NCBI GenBank assembly: GCA_007119175.1
Contig: SKQC01000102.1
Span: 1-54,767 of the forward strand
DNA: 54,767 nucleotides
Direction of reading: 5' to 3'
Source of the DNA: Myxococcales bacterium
Lineage (GTDB): Bacteria > Myxococcota_A > Bradymonadia > Bradymonadales > Bradymonadaceae
Shown here: positions 20,416-30,101 of the stretch, one piece after another
Layout: each line of letters opens with the position of its first letter
Numbering within the stretch: position 1 is the first letter of the stretch
Made by a program: the position numbers and the translations under genes
The notes under the pieces: generated by a model
The model's input: only the letters and a program-made list of their open reading frames with translations
The model's database searches: none
What the model was told of the DNA's origin: nothing

Positions 20416-21240
20416 TCAGTTTTTCACCGAATCCGATACCAGGTTTAAGAATCGATCCTCGGAAAGGTCGCTGATCATCGTATAGGTGACGCCGCTATCC
20501 TGCACGACGGCCACACCGTATCCCTTCTGATTGAGCCAGGCAATTTCGCGGTCGTGAACCCTGCGAAGATGCTCGCGGGGAACTTTTACGCCATCGCCGT
20601 CGAATAAGATCGTGCTCATCCGCGCACCGTCGACTTCATAGAGCAAAAACGCCGCTCGCCGATCTTCGATATGGGCGATGCGACCACCCAATAGATTGAC
20701 CCGATCGTCTTCGAAATTGGGGAGGCGGACCGAAAAATCGACCTTATCGTCAAACCACTCCTGGGCTTCAGCGCGATCGGCGGTGGTCACCTCGAGTGGG
20801 AAATTGCCCTGATGCCAGTCGACAGTAGAATCGATCATCGATGCCGGACTGCTCGCAGCCGGTGCCACCACGGTCAATTCCGGCACCACCACCGCCAGAG
20901 CCACCATGGCTGCCAGCGGTCCAGCGATCCATCCCACATGGACCTTCGAGCGCCAGCCGCCCTCTGATTTTTCTTCGCAGCGATCGACCTCGATGCACTC
21001 CAATCCCTCGAGGATCTGCTCTCGCAGCGAATCGGGCGCCTTCTCACAGCCCAGATGCTGCTGGAGATGTTCCTTGAACTTCACCTGTGCTCGGACCTGT
21101 TTGCGACAGCAGTCGCAGACGCTTAAGTGGGCCTCCATATCGGCCCGCTCTCGCTCCCCGAACTCCTCATCGATATAGGCATCGATAAAGGGCTCGAAGT
21201 CCTCACACTTCGACTCAATTTTTCGTGCCATATCACCCAC
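20416..21240 (-). CDS. Zinc-finger (zf-HC2/ZAS) transmembrane anti-sigma factor
   Basis: C...YIDEE...HLSVCDCC (HxxxCxxC), TM helix, extracytoplasmic domain with LLGGRI; follows the ECF sigma gene. Confidence 0.9.
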   Translation of the reverse strand: MGDMARKIESKCEDFEPFIDAYIDEEFGERERADMEAHLSVCDCCRKQVRAQVKFKEHLQQHLGCEKAPDSLREQILEGLECIEVDRCEEKSEGGWRSKVHVGWIAGPLAAMVALAVVVPELTVVAPAASSPASMIDSTVDWHQGNFPLEVTTADRAEAQEWFDDKVDFSVRLPNFEDDRVNLLGGRIAHIEDRRAAFLLYEVDGARMSTILFDGDGVKVPREHLRRVHDREIAWLNQKGYGVAVVQDSGVTYTMISDLSEDRFLNLVSDSVKN

Positions 21241-21276
21241 GTTTACCTCGCCACGGCGAAACTCTTATTACTCGTC

Positions 21277-21954
21277 TCATCCGGCCTGAGCCTGCTTTTT
21301 TTCGCGATACTCCTCGAGGCTCGTCGTCTTTTCTTCCTCTTCCTCGACGCCGGCGTCCTCGTCCTCATCCGAGATATATCCCTCGGAAAGGGCGTATTCT
21401 GCCAGTTGTCCCTGGAGCATGCGCCGCCCGCGATAAAGTCGGCTCATCACGGTGCCGATCGGGCAATCCATGATCTCCGCGATTTCTTTGTAGGCAAAAT
21501 CCTGCAGGTCGGCGAGCAGCACCACCATCCGAAAATCGACGGGAACCTGCTTGAGCGCCTCTTTGACCTCGTCGCCGAACATCTTGAAATAAAGCTGTTC
21601 TTCCGACTCGAAATTCTCATGAAACGGGGTGTGCTCCGGCGCCTCCGCCCGCTCTTGAAGCGGACGATAGTCGTCGTCGATGAGGTATTCTTTTCGTTTC
21701 TTCTTTTTTCGATACCGGTTGATAAACGTGTTGTGCATGATCTTGAACAACCATGCCTTACAGTTGGTACCGTTTTCGTATTTATCGAAATATCGGAAAG
21801 CTTTGAGCATCGTCTCCTGAATCAGGTCCTCGGCATCGCTTTCACTCTTCGTGAGGCGAAGGGCCGTGCCATAAAGAGCGTCGATGTGCGGAACCGCTTC
21901 CTCTTGGAAAGCTTTCCGCTCTTGCGAATTCATTTTATTCTTTTTGTTGAACAT
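21277..21954 (-). CDS. ECF RNA polymerase sigma factor (SigR/SigH-like)
   Basis: DAEDLIQETMLKAFR, GTNCKAWLFKIMHNTFIN, YKEIAEIMDCPIGTVMSRLYRGR. Confidence 0.93.
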   Translation of the reverse strand: MFNKKNKMNSQERKAFQEEAVPHIDALYGTALRLTKSESDAEDLIQETMLKAFRYFDKYENGTNCKAWLFKIMHNTFINRYRKKKKRKEYLIDDDYRPLQERAEAPEHTPFHENFESEEQLYFKMFGDEVKEALKQVPVDFRMVVLLADLQDFAYKEIAEIMDCPIGTVMSRLYRGRRMLQGQLAEYALSEGYISDEDEDAGVEEEEEKTTSLEEYREKKQAQAG

Positions 21955-22043
21955 CAGCGTCAGCCCCTGTTGTCTCTCAGGTTTACTTCGCGAAAGAGCC
22001 TCTATTCGACCTTTACGAGTGCCGGGTTTTTCGAACCGCTCGG

Positions 22044-22059
22044 GTCTAAAACTTTAGAC
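22044..22059. promoter_or_regulatory. Inverted repeat, candidate operator upstream of the ECF sigma gene
   Basis: gtctaaa-ac-tttagac: perfect 7 bp arms in the AT-rich ald-sigma spacer. Confidence 0.4.
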
Positions 22060-22130
22060 GCCGGCAATTCTATTTCATTTAAATTAAAATGTTACCGTGA
22101 GCCTACCCAGAAGATCGCCGTCAATTCGGC

Positions 22131-23246
22131 TCAGCCGAGTAACTCCTCGATGGGCGTGTAGGCAAGCTGTAGGCTGTCTGCCACCACTTTATGCACGCAT
22201 TGCCCGCGATAGGTATTGACGCCCAATTTCAACGGCGGATCGCCGGCCACCGCTTCTTCGAGTCCCTGATTGGCAATCGCCAATCCGTAGGGAAGCGTGG
22301 TGTTATTTAACGCATAGGTCGAGGTCTGCGCCACGGCCCCCGGCATATTGGCCACACAATAGTGGACGACGCCATCGACCTCGTAGGTCGGCGCCTCGTG
22401 AGTGGTGGGCCGGCAAGTTTCGATACATCCACCCTGGTCGACGGAGACATCGACGACGACGCTTCCCTCGGGCATCTGTGAGATATGCTCTCGAGTTACC
22501 AGATGGGGGGCCTTCGCCCCGGGAATCAGCACCGCTCCCACCACCAGATCGGCATCGCAGACCTCCTGGGCGATCATCTCGCGACTCGAATATTGAGTGT
22601 CGATGGAATTGCCGAAAATATCGTCCAGATAGCGAAGCCGATATAGATCGACATCCAGCAGAGTGACACGCGCGCCCATTCCGACGGCGATCTTGGCGGC
22701 GTTGGTTCCCACCACACCGCCGCCGATAATCACGACCTTGGCCCGCTTTACGCCGGGCACACCGCCCAGAAGAATGCCCTTTCCACCTTCTTCGCGCTCC
22801 AGGCAGCGAGCACCGACCTGCACCGACATCCGGCCGGCCACCTCGCTCATCGGCTCCAGTAGCGGAAGCCGGCCGTCGTCGAGTTGAATGGTCTCATAGG
22901 CCACGGCGGCCACTTCCCGCTCCAGCAACGCCTCGGCAAGATCCGGCACCGCCGCCAGATGAAAATAGGTGTATACAATCTGGCCGCGTTCCATCAGCTC
23001 ATATTCCGGCTGTAGCGGCTCTTTGACCTTTACGATCATCTCCGAGCTCGCCCACACCTCTTCGGCTGTATCCAGGATCGTCGCCCCCACCGCCTCATAG
23101 TCCTCGTCGGGAATCGCACTGCCCTGGCCGGCTCCGCTCTGCACGACGACCTCATGTCCGTTTCGCACATATTCACTGACCCCGGCCGGTATCAGCCCGA
23201 CGCGGTACTCATTGCTCTTAATCTCTGTCGGCACGCCGATCTTCAC
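22131..23246 (-). CDS. ald: Alanine dehydrogenase
   Basis: [54 protein letters not shown] at 23246 with AGGAG RBS. Confidence 0.95.
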   Translation of the reverse strand: MKIGVPTEIKSNEYRVGLIPAGVSEYVRNGHEVVVQSGAGQGSAIPDEDYEAVGATILDTAEEVWASSEMIVKVKEPLQPEYELMERGQIVYTYFHLAAVPDLAEALLEREVAAVAYETIQLDDGRLPLLEPMSEVAGRMSVQVGARCLEREEGGKGILLGGVPGVKRAKVVIIGGGVVGTNAAKIAVGMGARVTLLDVDLYRLRYLDDIFGNSIDTQYSSREMIAQEVCDADLVVGAVLIPGAKAPHLVTREHISQMPEGSVVVDVSVDQGGCIETCRPTTHEAPTYEVDGVVHYCVANMPGAVAQTSTYALNNTTLPYGLAIANQGLEEAVAGDPPLKLGVNTYRGQCVHKVVADSLQLAYTPIEELLG

Positions 23247-23296
23247 GATAAGACTCCTGGTCGAATGCAATTTATCGATGAATCATCACTGTAAGC

Positions 23297-23335
23297 GTTC
23301 AGCTCCTGGGGCCCGGGTTCAGTCCCTGGGGCCCG
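23297..23335. repeat. Tandem direct repeat with 20 bp period upstream of ald
   Basis: gttcagctcctggggcccg (23297-23315) and gttcagtccctggggcccg (23317-23335); related inverted copy at about 23408-23424. Confidence 0.75.
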
Positions 23336-23460
23336 CGGCCAGCCTGGCCGCCTTTCGGTCTGACAGCCCGAGCCGTAGAGAACGCTACCTCGTCACTTTC
23401 TGGGCGAACTATAACCGGGCCCCATGACACACGCAATACGGCGGAGTGCACGGCTGGCTC

Positions 23461-23656
23461 AGGGTGTGTCTGAGAACTGCTAACCGAGCACCCCGAGGGC
23501 ACTTCTTCGCTTCGCTCAGGGCGCAGGGCTAGATGATTTTGGCACCATTTTTGATCGAAAAACGCAGGTTTAGCAGCGCTATATCGAGTATTTTCGACGG
23601 AAATGGTGTGAAAATCAGCCGCCAACTGCGACCGAAGCGGTTTTCAGACACACCCT
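23461..23656. mobile_element. MITE-like non-autonomous element (~196 bp)
   Basis: Terminal inverted repeats agggtgtgtctgagaac / gttttcagacacaccct (16/17 match); internal imperfect inverted repeats; no transposase ORF; intergenic. Confidence 0.7.
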
Positions 23657-23733
23657 AGTTTTCCTTTGCCCCATCTGCGCGTTTACCCCTACCCTCGCCG
23701 CCGAAACCGATTCCTTTCGCCACCGGAGCCGCC

Positions 23734-24288
23734 ATGGAGCTACAAAAAGCCCTCCTGACCCGACGCACCATCCACAATTATACCGCCGATCCGATCCCGG
23801 AGGGGGCCATCGAACGCGCCTTAGAGGCGGCGATCCGGGCGCCGAATCACAAGCTGACCAATCCCTGGCGCTTTACCCGCGTCGGCCCCGAAGTCCGCAA
23901 AAAGCTCACCGAGTTGGGCATCGAGCTAAAATGCGCCAAGAAAAATAAATTCACCCCGAAATTCCGCGATTATCTGCGCCAGAAATACGGCAATCCGGCG
24001 GAATTGGTCGCCGTCAGCCAGATTCTCAACGACGATCCCTTCCGTCGCCGCGAGGACTACGCCGCCGCGGCCTGCGCCATTCAGAATTTCTGCCTGTCCT
24101 TATGGGGCGAAGACGTGGGCTCGAAGTGGAGCACCGGCCAGATGTCGCGCCACGAATCGACCTACGAGATGCTCGATATCGATCCCGACGAAGAGGAGAT
24201 CATCGCCTTTGTCTGGGTCGGCCAACCAGAAGAGATCCCCGATCCGCCCCGCGATCCCCTGGAATCGGTAGTGCGCACGACGGATTAA
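23734..24288 (+). CDS. Nitroreductase family protein (YdjA-like)
   Basis: RRTIHNY, AIRAPNHKLTNPWRF, AIQNFCL, KWSTG; GGAG RBS. Confidence 0.9.
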   Translation: MELQKALLTRRTIHNYTADPIPEGAIERALEAAIRAPNHKLTNPWRFTRVGPEVRKKLTELGIELKCAKKNKFTPKFRDYLRQKYGNPAELVAVSQILNDDPFRRREDYAAAACAIQNFCLSLWGEDVGSKWSTGQMSRHESTYEMLDIDPDEEEIIAFVWVGQPEEIPDPPRDPLESVVRTTD

Positions 24289-24352
24289 AGGGGCAGTGAT
24301 TTGCTGGCCGACGTGCTTTTCGGCCCTATTATCGCCTCCATCACCACCTACG

Positions 24353-24390
24353 GGAGCTGAACCACGCGGTTCGGCCGACTCCTTTTTTTT
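24353..24390 (+). terminator. Probable intrinsic terminator after the nitroreductase
   Basis: ggag-ctgaacc-acgc-ggttcgg-ccga-ctcc followed by T8. Confidence 0.65.
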
Positions 24391-24419
24391 GACCCGACCT
24401 CCACCGGGGGGCACCAGCG

Positions 24420-27011
24420 ATGGCGATGGCGACGTCGACTCCACCGAAGCATCGTATCTTCGTATCTGGCGCACTTTTCATCTTCGCTGCGATGTGGGGC
24501 TGTGCCGCGGACTCGGAGCGCTCTGCGAACGTCAACGAAAGACCCGCACCATCACGTATCTTCGCCTTCGACGCACCGAACTCCCGAGCTGCATTGGTGC
24601 GTCAGCTCGTCGATCGCAGATTCGACGAGGTCAAAAACCCCAAAAAACGTCCCTCCTCGATCGTATTGGCCAAAAAAACGCGCTCCTGCGGCAGCGGCGA
24701 CGACACAGACTGCGAGGACTGGCAGCTAGATGTGCCCCTCGATGTCAGCCCGAACACCGATGAGCGCCTCCAAGACATCGACTGGCAGCTTCTATTCGAC
24801 GAGGCATCACCTCGCTCGCTGAGCCGCGCCCTCGGCAGATCGGTGAGCATCTCCGATGGCGAGACGTCCTGCGCTGACGGCATCTGCACGCGCCGAGCGA
24901 TTCGGGTCTATGCCGCCGAATCGAAGGAGACGATCGTCGACGCGCGAGAGCGCTCCTACGACAGCGCCCACGAGAGAAGCTGGGCGCGAGCCAGAAAGCG
25001 ACTCTCAACAATGGACGACGACCAGTCGGTCACGGTCGGCGTTTTATTTTCTCCGCATACCCGCCCCGTCAGCAAACATTCCGTAAATTGGTTCGATGTC
25101 GACGATCCAAAACTGGTCGCCAAAAAACTCCAGCTTGAACACGAGCGCCGAATAAATGCCGGCCACAAAACGAGCCGCACCCGTTTCGACAAACTCGGTA
25201 TTTGCCGCTGGCTTCGCCCCTATTCATTCGCCAACGGCGCCGTCATCGAATGTGTGCCCCATGAGCTCACCCAACTGATCGATGAACGACCCGAATTTGT
25301 GGCCGGCGTATATCTCGACGAAAAACCAGTCATCGGCGACGGATCGGCATTCCGCGACCGCTCCGGCAGCGCCTTGAACGCCTATCTCAACGGCACCGAC
25401 GCCCGAACTGGCGCTCAGCCCTCACCGCTGACCGGTCGCGACGAAATCACCGTGGCCTACGCCGATCCAAAGGGGTTTTACCAGACCAATCGCCACCCGG
25501 CGTTCTTCGAGCGCGAACCGACCTGCATCGGTCGATTCTGCACATTTCGATCCCGGGTTCGCACCCTGGAGCGCTGCGACGCCCAGTCCTGCTGGAGTGC
25601 CCCCGATCAGGGCACACCGCTGAGCCACGGCTCCAGAGTCATCGGTGGTTTTCAGTCCATATTAGACGGCCAGGATCCGGACCTTACCAACCAGTCGGCG
25701 CGGCGCCAGCGCTCCTACGGCGCCTTCGAGGCCGGACTTCACCTCTACGATACCGACGACTCCGGCAACGCCGCCCTGAGCGCCCTGGAAGAAGCCGCGA
25801 GACTACACGACGGCCGGACCACCGCCGATATCTGGGGTTATTCGGCCTCCACCAACGGCTGTGATGACCCACGCGGACGCTGGGTGCCCTGGACGGCGGC
25901 CATGGACACCGCCTACGACCGCGGGCTACTCGCCGTACAGATCACCGGAAATTCCGTGGAGCGCCACCGCTCGTCCTGCACCACGACCGGTCTGGCCAGC
26001 CGCAGCGACTCCCTCGTCGTCGGTGGATTCGCCGATACGCGCCAAACCCTGATGAGTCAGTGGCGCTACGACTCCGCCCCATTGTCCTGGGCCTCAATCA
26101 CAGACCTGCAGGCATCCGATCGCTGTCCCGGCGAGCAATTATCGTGGAATGAAGATCGATGCTACTCCTCGGCAGAAGGCGGCGGCGATCTTTTCGTCGG
26201 CGATAAACTCCGCCCGCGAGTGCGCTCAGTCGTCGACCTGACAGCGCCTTCAGGCCGACGCTTCTCCGCCGTTCGCACCGGTCGCGGCGACAACGACTAC
26301 CAGCAGGTTTGCTGCGGCTCCAGCCACGCCGCCCCCAAAGTGGCCGCCGCCGCGGTCAGCCTCCGAGACTGGGGCTACCGGCGCGGTCTCGCCATCTACG
26401 ACGACCCGACTCTCCTCTACGTCATGATGTTGCTCGGCGGTGATTTTACCGGCGAATTTGCCTCGCGAAGAGCTGTAGACCCCCTCGACCAATACGCCTC
26501 GCGCCCCACCGACGACTATCGCCGCCGCCGTGGTTTTTCCCGAATCTGGGGTGCCGGCAGACTCCACGTCCAGCGATTGCTCGGCGAGGGGTCGACCCTC
26601 GATTCACCTTTTTCATGGGCTTTAGGCACCATGACCATCGACGACGAGACCGTCATCTGGCGCCGGCTCGGCATTCCACCGACGCCTGCCGACACCAGCG
26701 AGATTGTCGCCCTCTTCGCATGGGACGAGCCGGGCCTGTCGGCACAGCCCGACGACGCGGCAGCCCGGATCAATTTCACACTCCGGGCGGCGCCGCCGAA
26801 TATCGACCGCACCTGCCCGGCCCATCCCAACAATCCCATGACGGTCATCGGCAACGACATCAGTTACGACACAAAAAAGCGCATCGCCCTCGGCCCTGAG
26901 CTGGTCGCCCAAAACCCCCATATTATCGGCCAATGCATCTACGTGGGCATCCACGCCATAGACCTCCCCGGCCCTCGCGAGGGGGCATATATCACCTACC
27001 GAAGCCGATGA
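24420..27011 (+). CDS. Divergent subtilisin-like (S8) serine protease, probable lipoprotein
   Basis: Lipobox-like AMWGC; correctly ordered triad-like motifs VAYADPKG (D), SHGSRV (H), ITGNS (oxyanion N), GSSHAAPKVAAAA (S); later IWGAGRL. Confidence 0.7.
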   Translation: MAMATSTPPKHRIFVSGALFIFAAMWGCAADSERSANVNERPAPSRIFAFDAPNSRAALVRQLVDRRFDEVKNPKKRPSSIVLAKKTRSCGSGDDTDCEDWQLDVPLDVSPNTDERLQDIDWQLLFDEASPRSLSRALGRSVSISDGETSCADGICTRRAIRVYAAESKETIVDARERSYDSAHERSWARARKRLSTMDDDQSVTVGVLFSPHTRPVSKHSVNWFDVDDPKLVAKKLQLEHERRINAGHKTSRTRFDKLGICRWLRPYSFANGAVIECVPHELTQLIDERPEFVAGVYLDEKPVIGDGSAFRDRSGSALNAYLNGTDARTGAQPSPLTGRDEITVAYADPKGFYQTNRHPAFFEREPTCIGRFCTFRSRVRTLERCDAQSCWSAPDQGTPLSHGSRVIGGFQSILDGQDPDLTNQSARRQRSYGAFEAGLHLYDTDDSGNAALSALEEAARLHDGRTTADIWGYSASTNGCDDPRGRWVPWTAAMDTAYDRGLLAVQITGNSVERHRSSCTTTGLASRSDSLVVGGFADTRQTLMSQWRYDSAPLSWASITDLQASDRCPGEQLSWNEDRCYSSAEGGGDLFVGDKLRPRVRSVVDLTAPSGRRFSAVRTGRGDNDYQQVCCGSSHAAPKVAAAAVSLRDWGYRRGLAIYDDPTLLYVMMLLGGDFTGEFASRRAVDPLDQYASRPTDDYRRRRGFSRIWGAGRLHVQRLLGEGSTLDSPFSWALGTMTIDDETVIWRRLGIPPTPADTSEIVALFAWDEPGLSAQPDDAAARINFTLRAAPPNIDRTCPAHPNNPMTVIGNDISYDTKKRIALGPELVAQNPHIIGQCIYVGIHAIDLPGPREGAYITYRSR

Positions 27012-27210
27012 TCCCCCCCTGCAGAATGCAGCTTATTTAGTTCCCGTCCGGAAATTCCGATTTGGAGCAGAGGCGAGATGAAATCGACGAGATGGCCATA
27101 TCGCAAAACCGAAGGGATATCCGTAGGTTATTTCAAGTGTTGAGCGAATGGCCAGATCGCGATTTCAGCCGCCACCTGCGACATTCATGGGGTTTCCGGA
27201 CGGGAACCGT

Positions 27211-27438
27211 TTACGTGGGGCGCACCGTCCAGATTTCACGACCGGTCTTCAACAATTTTTTGTCGATCGTCACCTCCGTGCCCTCGCGCATGGCCCGCTC
27301 GTGGATCTGAGCTTCGTCGGCCTTATCGCCGTCGCAAAAGCCGATTGGATTGCGCGACCGAGGTGATTTGATCATCACCTGAAATTCGCCGTGATCCCAC
27401 TTCGTCTGTGTCTCGTTGCTATGAGGCTCAATGGCCAT
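27211..27438 (-). CDS. Small hypothetical protein (75 aa)
   Basis: Fills the gap at the end of the minus-strand run; ATG start; globular protein-like composition. Confidence 0.6.
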   Translation of the reverse strand: MAIEPHSNETQTKWDHGEFQVMIKSPRSRNPIGFCDGDKADEAQIHERAMREGTEVTIDKKLLKTGREIWTVRPT

Positions 27439-27473
27439 AAGATTCTTTTGTGGAAAAGGAAAAATTCATCTCG

Positions 27474-28502
27474 TCATCGACTGCTCTCGTCGAATGCCGA
27501 GCCGAGCCGCTCGGGATAGATCTGGTAGCTGACACCGTCGGCCCACTGCTCGAGTTGTTCGTAAAATATCTCCTCTTGAGCGCGAACGCGAAGCTCGTGG
27601 TCCACAAAGGCTTTTGCGGCATCTGCATCGACCGGCCGCTCGGGAATGACCTCCATCACGCGGATCAAATGCCAGCCAAACCGAGTTCGAACCGGCTCCG
27701 ACAACTCACCGATCCGCTCTTGTGTAGCCACAGACTCGGCGCCCTCGGCAAAATCTTGGACGACTCCCATCCAGCCCCGGGGAAGGTGATCGGAATCATA
27801 GGACTCGCCGGCGCGCGGAAAGCGAATATGCTCGTCGACGGCCACATCGAAGTCGCCATCAAAGACCTCCTCTTCGAGTTCCCTGGCCACTCTTCTCAGC
27901 GCATCATCGTCGACCTGGCCATCTAATCTCAGCAATGCCTCTTTTACGTATTCGCGGCCCTGTTCGTAATAGGGTTCTCGATCGTCACCACGCAATCGCA
28001 CCGTCTCGCCCTCGTCGTCTTCGATCTCATTGGGCACGAGCACGACCAGATGGCTTGCGCGCAGCCCCTCGGGAGCCCGGCGGGTCTGTTCGACCTGCTC
28101 TAAAAAGCCGTCGCGCCGCGACCAATCCGGCTCAGCTTTCGCCTCCACCTCGTCGGCCAATAATGCCGCGACCATCCCCTGTTTTCTGGAAAACGCCACT
28201 TCCGGACGCTCGTGATAGCCCTCTTCTCGTGCGAGCTGCGCCAGAATTTCGCGCTCCACCAGTCTTTCGAGCACCTCCTGGGTGCTTTTCTCCGGATCGT
28301 GGCGCCATGCCTCCTCGACATCGCCTCGGGTGATCGGCTGCCCGTCGACTCGCGCGACCACTTCTTCTTCATCGACCTCAGCGCGATGCGCCATCTCCCA
28401 GGCCTCATCGCCCTGCGGATGCTCGACGACGACCTCGCTTTCACAACCAACGGCGACTATCAAAATCCCCACAGCTAATAATGACCCCATCACAGGCTTC
28501 AT
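27474..28502 (-). CDS. Parvulin (PpiC-type) peptidyl-prolyl isomerase lipoprotein, PrsA/SurA-like
   Basis: Lipobox AVGC; VVARVDGQPIT; RASHLVV; ELSEPVRTRFGWHLIRV; ATG 28502 overlaps the upstream stop (ATGA). Confidence 0.85.
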   Translation of the reverse strand: MKPVMGSLLAVGILIVAVGCESEVVVEHPQGDEAWEMAHRAEVDEEEVVARVDGQPITRGDVEEAWRHDPEKSTQEVLERLVEREILAQLAREEGYHERPEVAFSRKQGMVAALLADEVEAKAEPDWSRRDGFLEQVEQTRRAPEGLRASHLVVLVPNEIEDDEGETVRLRGDDREPYYEQGREYVKEALLRLDGQVDDDALRRVARELEEEVFDGDFDVAVDEHIRFPRAGESYDSDHLPRGWMGVVQDFAEGAESVATQERIGELSEPVRTRFGWHLIRVMEVIPERPVDADAAKAFVDHELRVRAQEEIFYEQLEQWADGVSYQIYPERLGSAFDESSR

Positions 28503-28699
28503 CTCGAACCCTCTTCGCGAACCGCTACGGCCAGCCGCGAGATATCGACTCCGGCGCGCACCACAAATAAAGCTACGACCAGGCCCATCAGACCGGCCAC
28601 ATAATCGGCGCCCGCCAAAAACTCGACGGTGCGATAAAAGAAATAGCCGCTGCCGAGGATAAATCCCAACCCGACCATATCGTAGATTCGTGCTCGCAT
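28499..28699 (-). CDS. Small two-TM membrane protein
   Basis: 66 aa, two hydrophobic helices, stop overlaps the PPIase start. Confidence 0.75.
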   Translation of the reverse strand: MRARIYDMVGLGFILGSGYFFYRTVEFLAGADYVAGLMGLVVALFVVRAGVDISRLAVAVREEGSR

Positions 28700-28708
28700 C
28701 CGCTCGCT

Positions 28709-29527
28709 TTAGAGCATAAAGAAAAACAAGAAAAGCGTCGTGACAAATAGGCAGCCGAGCCACAACAGGACTCGTCGAACCAGCCGATCGGGCCTGGCGA
28801 TCAACCTCTTGAGGTCGGCGGACATTCCCGACCCACGCCGGTGGTGCTCCCAGTTTAGAGCCGGCAAAATCGCCCCGATATACACGGCGATCATCCACGC
28901 GAAATACATAGCGACCACAGTAAAGACGTGCTGCGTGCGCATCGCCGACTCATCGTCGAGGCTCGCCAATGCCTCGCTGGTCGCTGGATCAAAAAACAGG
29001 GCATAGGAGATAGCCGCGAATAACAAGCCCATCGCCGAAAAGCGCAATATCACAAAGCGCCGAAAGATATCGGCGTGGCCATCTTTTCGACCTCTTCCGT
29101 CGATATCGCCGCGCACCTCCCCTCGCACGGCGCGCCAATCGGGAGCGCCGGCGGCGACCACCAGATAAAGAGCAAATGTCGCCAATGACACGATCAGCGC
29201 CCCCGGCGAGGCCAAAGCCTCTAATTCGGCGTCCGGCAACATCGCCAGCCCCGGCAAAAAACTCACCGGCACCAGGCCCAATAAAATGGCCGGGTGACGC
29301 CAGATAACACCGACGGCGACGGCGAAAAAGGGCAACGAGTGCAGAGCGGCCACAAATTCCGAGCCGTCTTCACTTCGAGCCTCGGCAAGGATTCCCGGCC
29401 CCAGCCACTGAATCCAGAGACTGACGGCGACGACGACGAAGAGGATCGACCACAGACGAAGCCTTCGCGCTCGCCCGAAGGCCGCCTCCTCATCGCGCGC
29501 CGACTCCGCCGTCTCCTCTTTGGCCAT
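28709..29527 (-). CDS. Multi-pass integral membrane protein (~7 TM)
   Basis: Several hydrophobic segments; 3 bp gap upstream and 9 bp gap downstream. Confidence 0.75.
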   Translation of the reverse strand: MAKEETAESARDEEAAFGRARRLRLWSILFVVVAVSLWIQWLGPGILAEARSEDGSEFVAALHSLPFFAVAVGVIWRHPAILLGLVPVSFLPGLAMLPDAELEALASPGALIVSLATFALYLVVAAGAPDWRAVRGEVRGDIDGRGRKDGHADIFRRFVILRFSAMGLLFAAISYALFFDPATSEALASLDDESAMRTQHVFTVVAMYFAWMIAVYIGAILPALNWEHHRRGSGMSADLKRLIARPDRLVRRVLLWLGCLFVTTLFLFFFML

Positions 29528-29530
29528 CGT

Positions 29531-30091
29531 CTACTCGACCGCCCACAAAATTTCTTCGGACTCGCCATTGCGCTCGATATCGACGCGCAGCTCTTCGGCG
29601 TCAGCCAGGGTATCCCAGGCCTCGCGGTAGTCATCCGGCTTCTCAAGCCGCACTAAATTGACGTGAGTGACCACGTCTCCGACCTGAAGGCGCGGCTCTA
29701 CATAATGGCTCGCCGTCGCCGAAAGCTCGACGATTTCAAATCCCACAAAGCCGTCTTCGTCGTGGACGGGAGCCGTGTCGACGTGCTGTAAGACGACCGC
29801 GGGGCCGAATTGCTCAAGCTGCTCGAGATAATAGCGATCGATAACCTCGGCGCTGGAATCCCATTCCCCCGCGGGCGGTTCGCCCTCGGCCTTCGGTGGC
29901 GTCGCCGGATTGCGCGGCGGCGGAGCAAATTCGTAGTCCTCGCTGCCCTCTTCCGGCGGCGCGCCGAGCACCTCGTCGGGCCCGGAGTCGCGATCGTCTT
30001 CGCGAAGATCGGGACCCGACGAACAGGCGGTGAGCGAAAAAAACAACACCGCCGCGCTCGCAACGGCGGCGATCCATGCTGACTGTCTCAT
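29531..30091 (-). CDS. Lipoprotein with C-terminal PDZ-like domain (resembles the GspC C-terminus)
   Basis: Lipobox LTAC; FVGFEIV...LQVGDVVTHVN...VDIERNGE. Confidence 0.75.
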   Translation of the reverse strand: MRQSAWIAAVASAAVLFFSLTACSSGPDLREDDRDSGPDEVLGAPPEEGSEDYEFAPPPRNPATPPKAEGEPPAGEWDSSAEVIDRYYLEQLEQFGPAVVLQHVDTAPVHDEDGFVGFEIVELSATASHYVEPRLQVGDVVTHVNLVRLEKPDDYREAWDTLADAEELRVDIERNGESEEILWAVE

Positions 30092-30101
30092 ATCACTGTC
30101 C

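Noticed and set aside
23297..23335. Possible CRISPR or tRNA-like element (repeat pair, gggttcagtccc)
   Set aside because: Only two adjacent copies with no spacer and no cas genes; no cloverleaf can be formed.
23299..23625. 108 aa minus-strand ORF
   Set aside because: Non-ATG start inside the MITE-like element, crosses the repeats, and is not protein-like.
28503..28898. Upstream extension of the PPIase ORF
   Set aside because: Overlaps two membrane-protein genes; the signal peptide begins at 28502.
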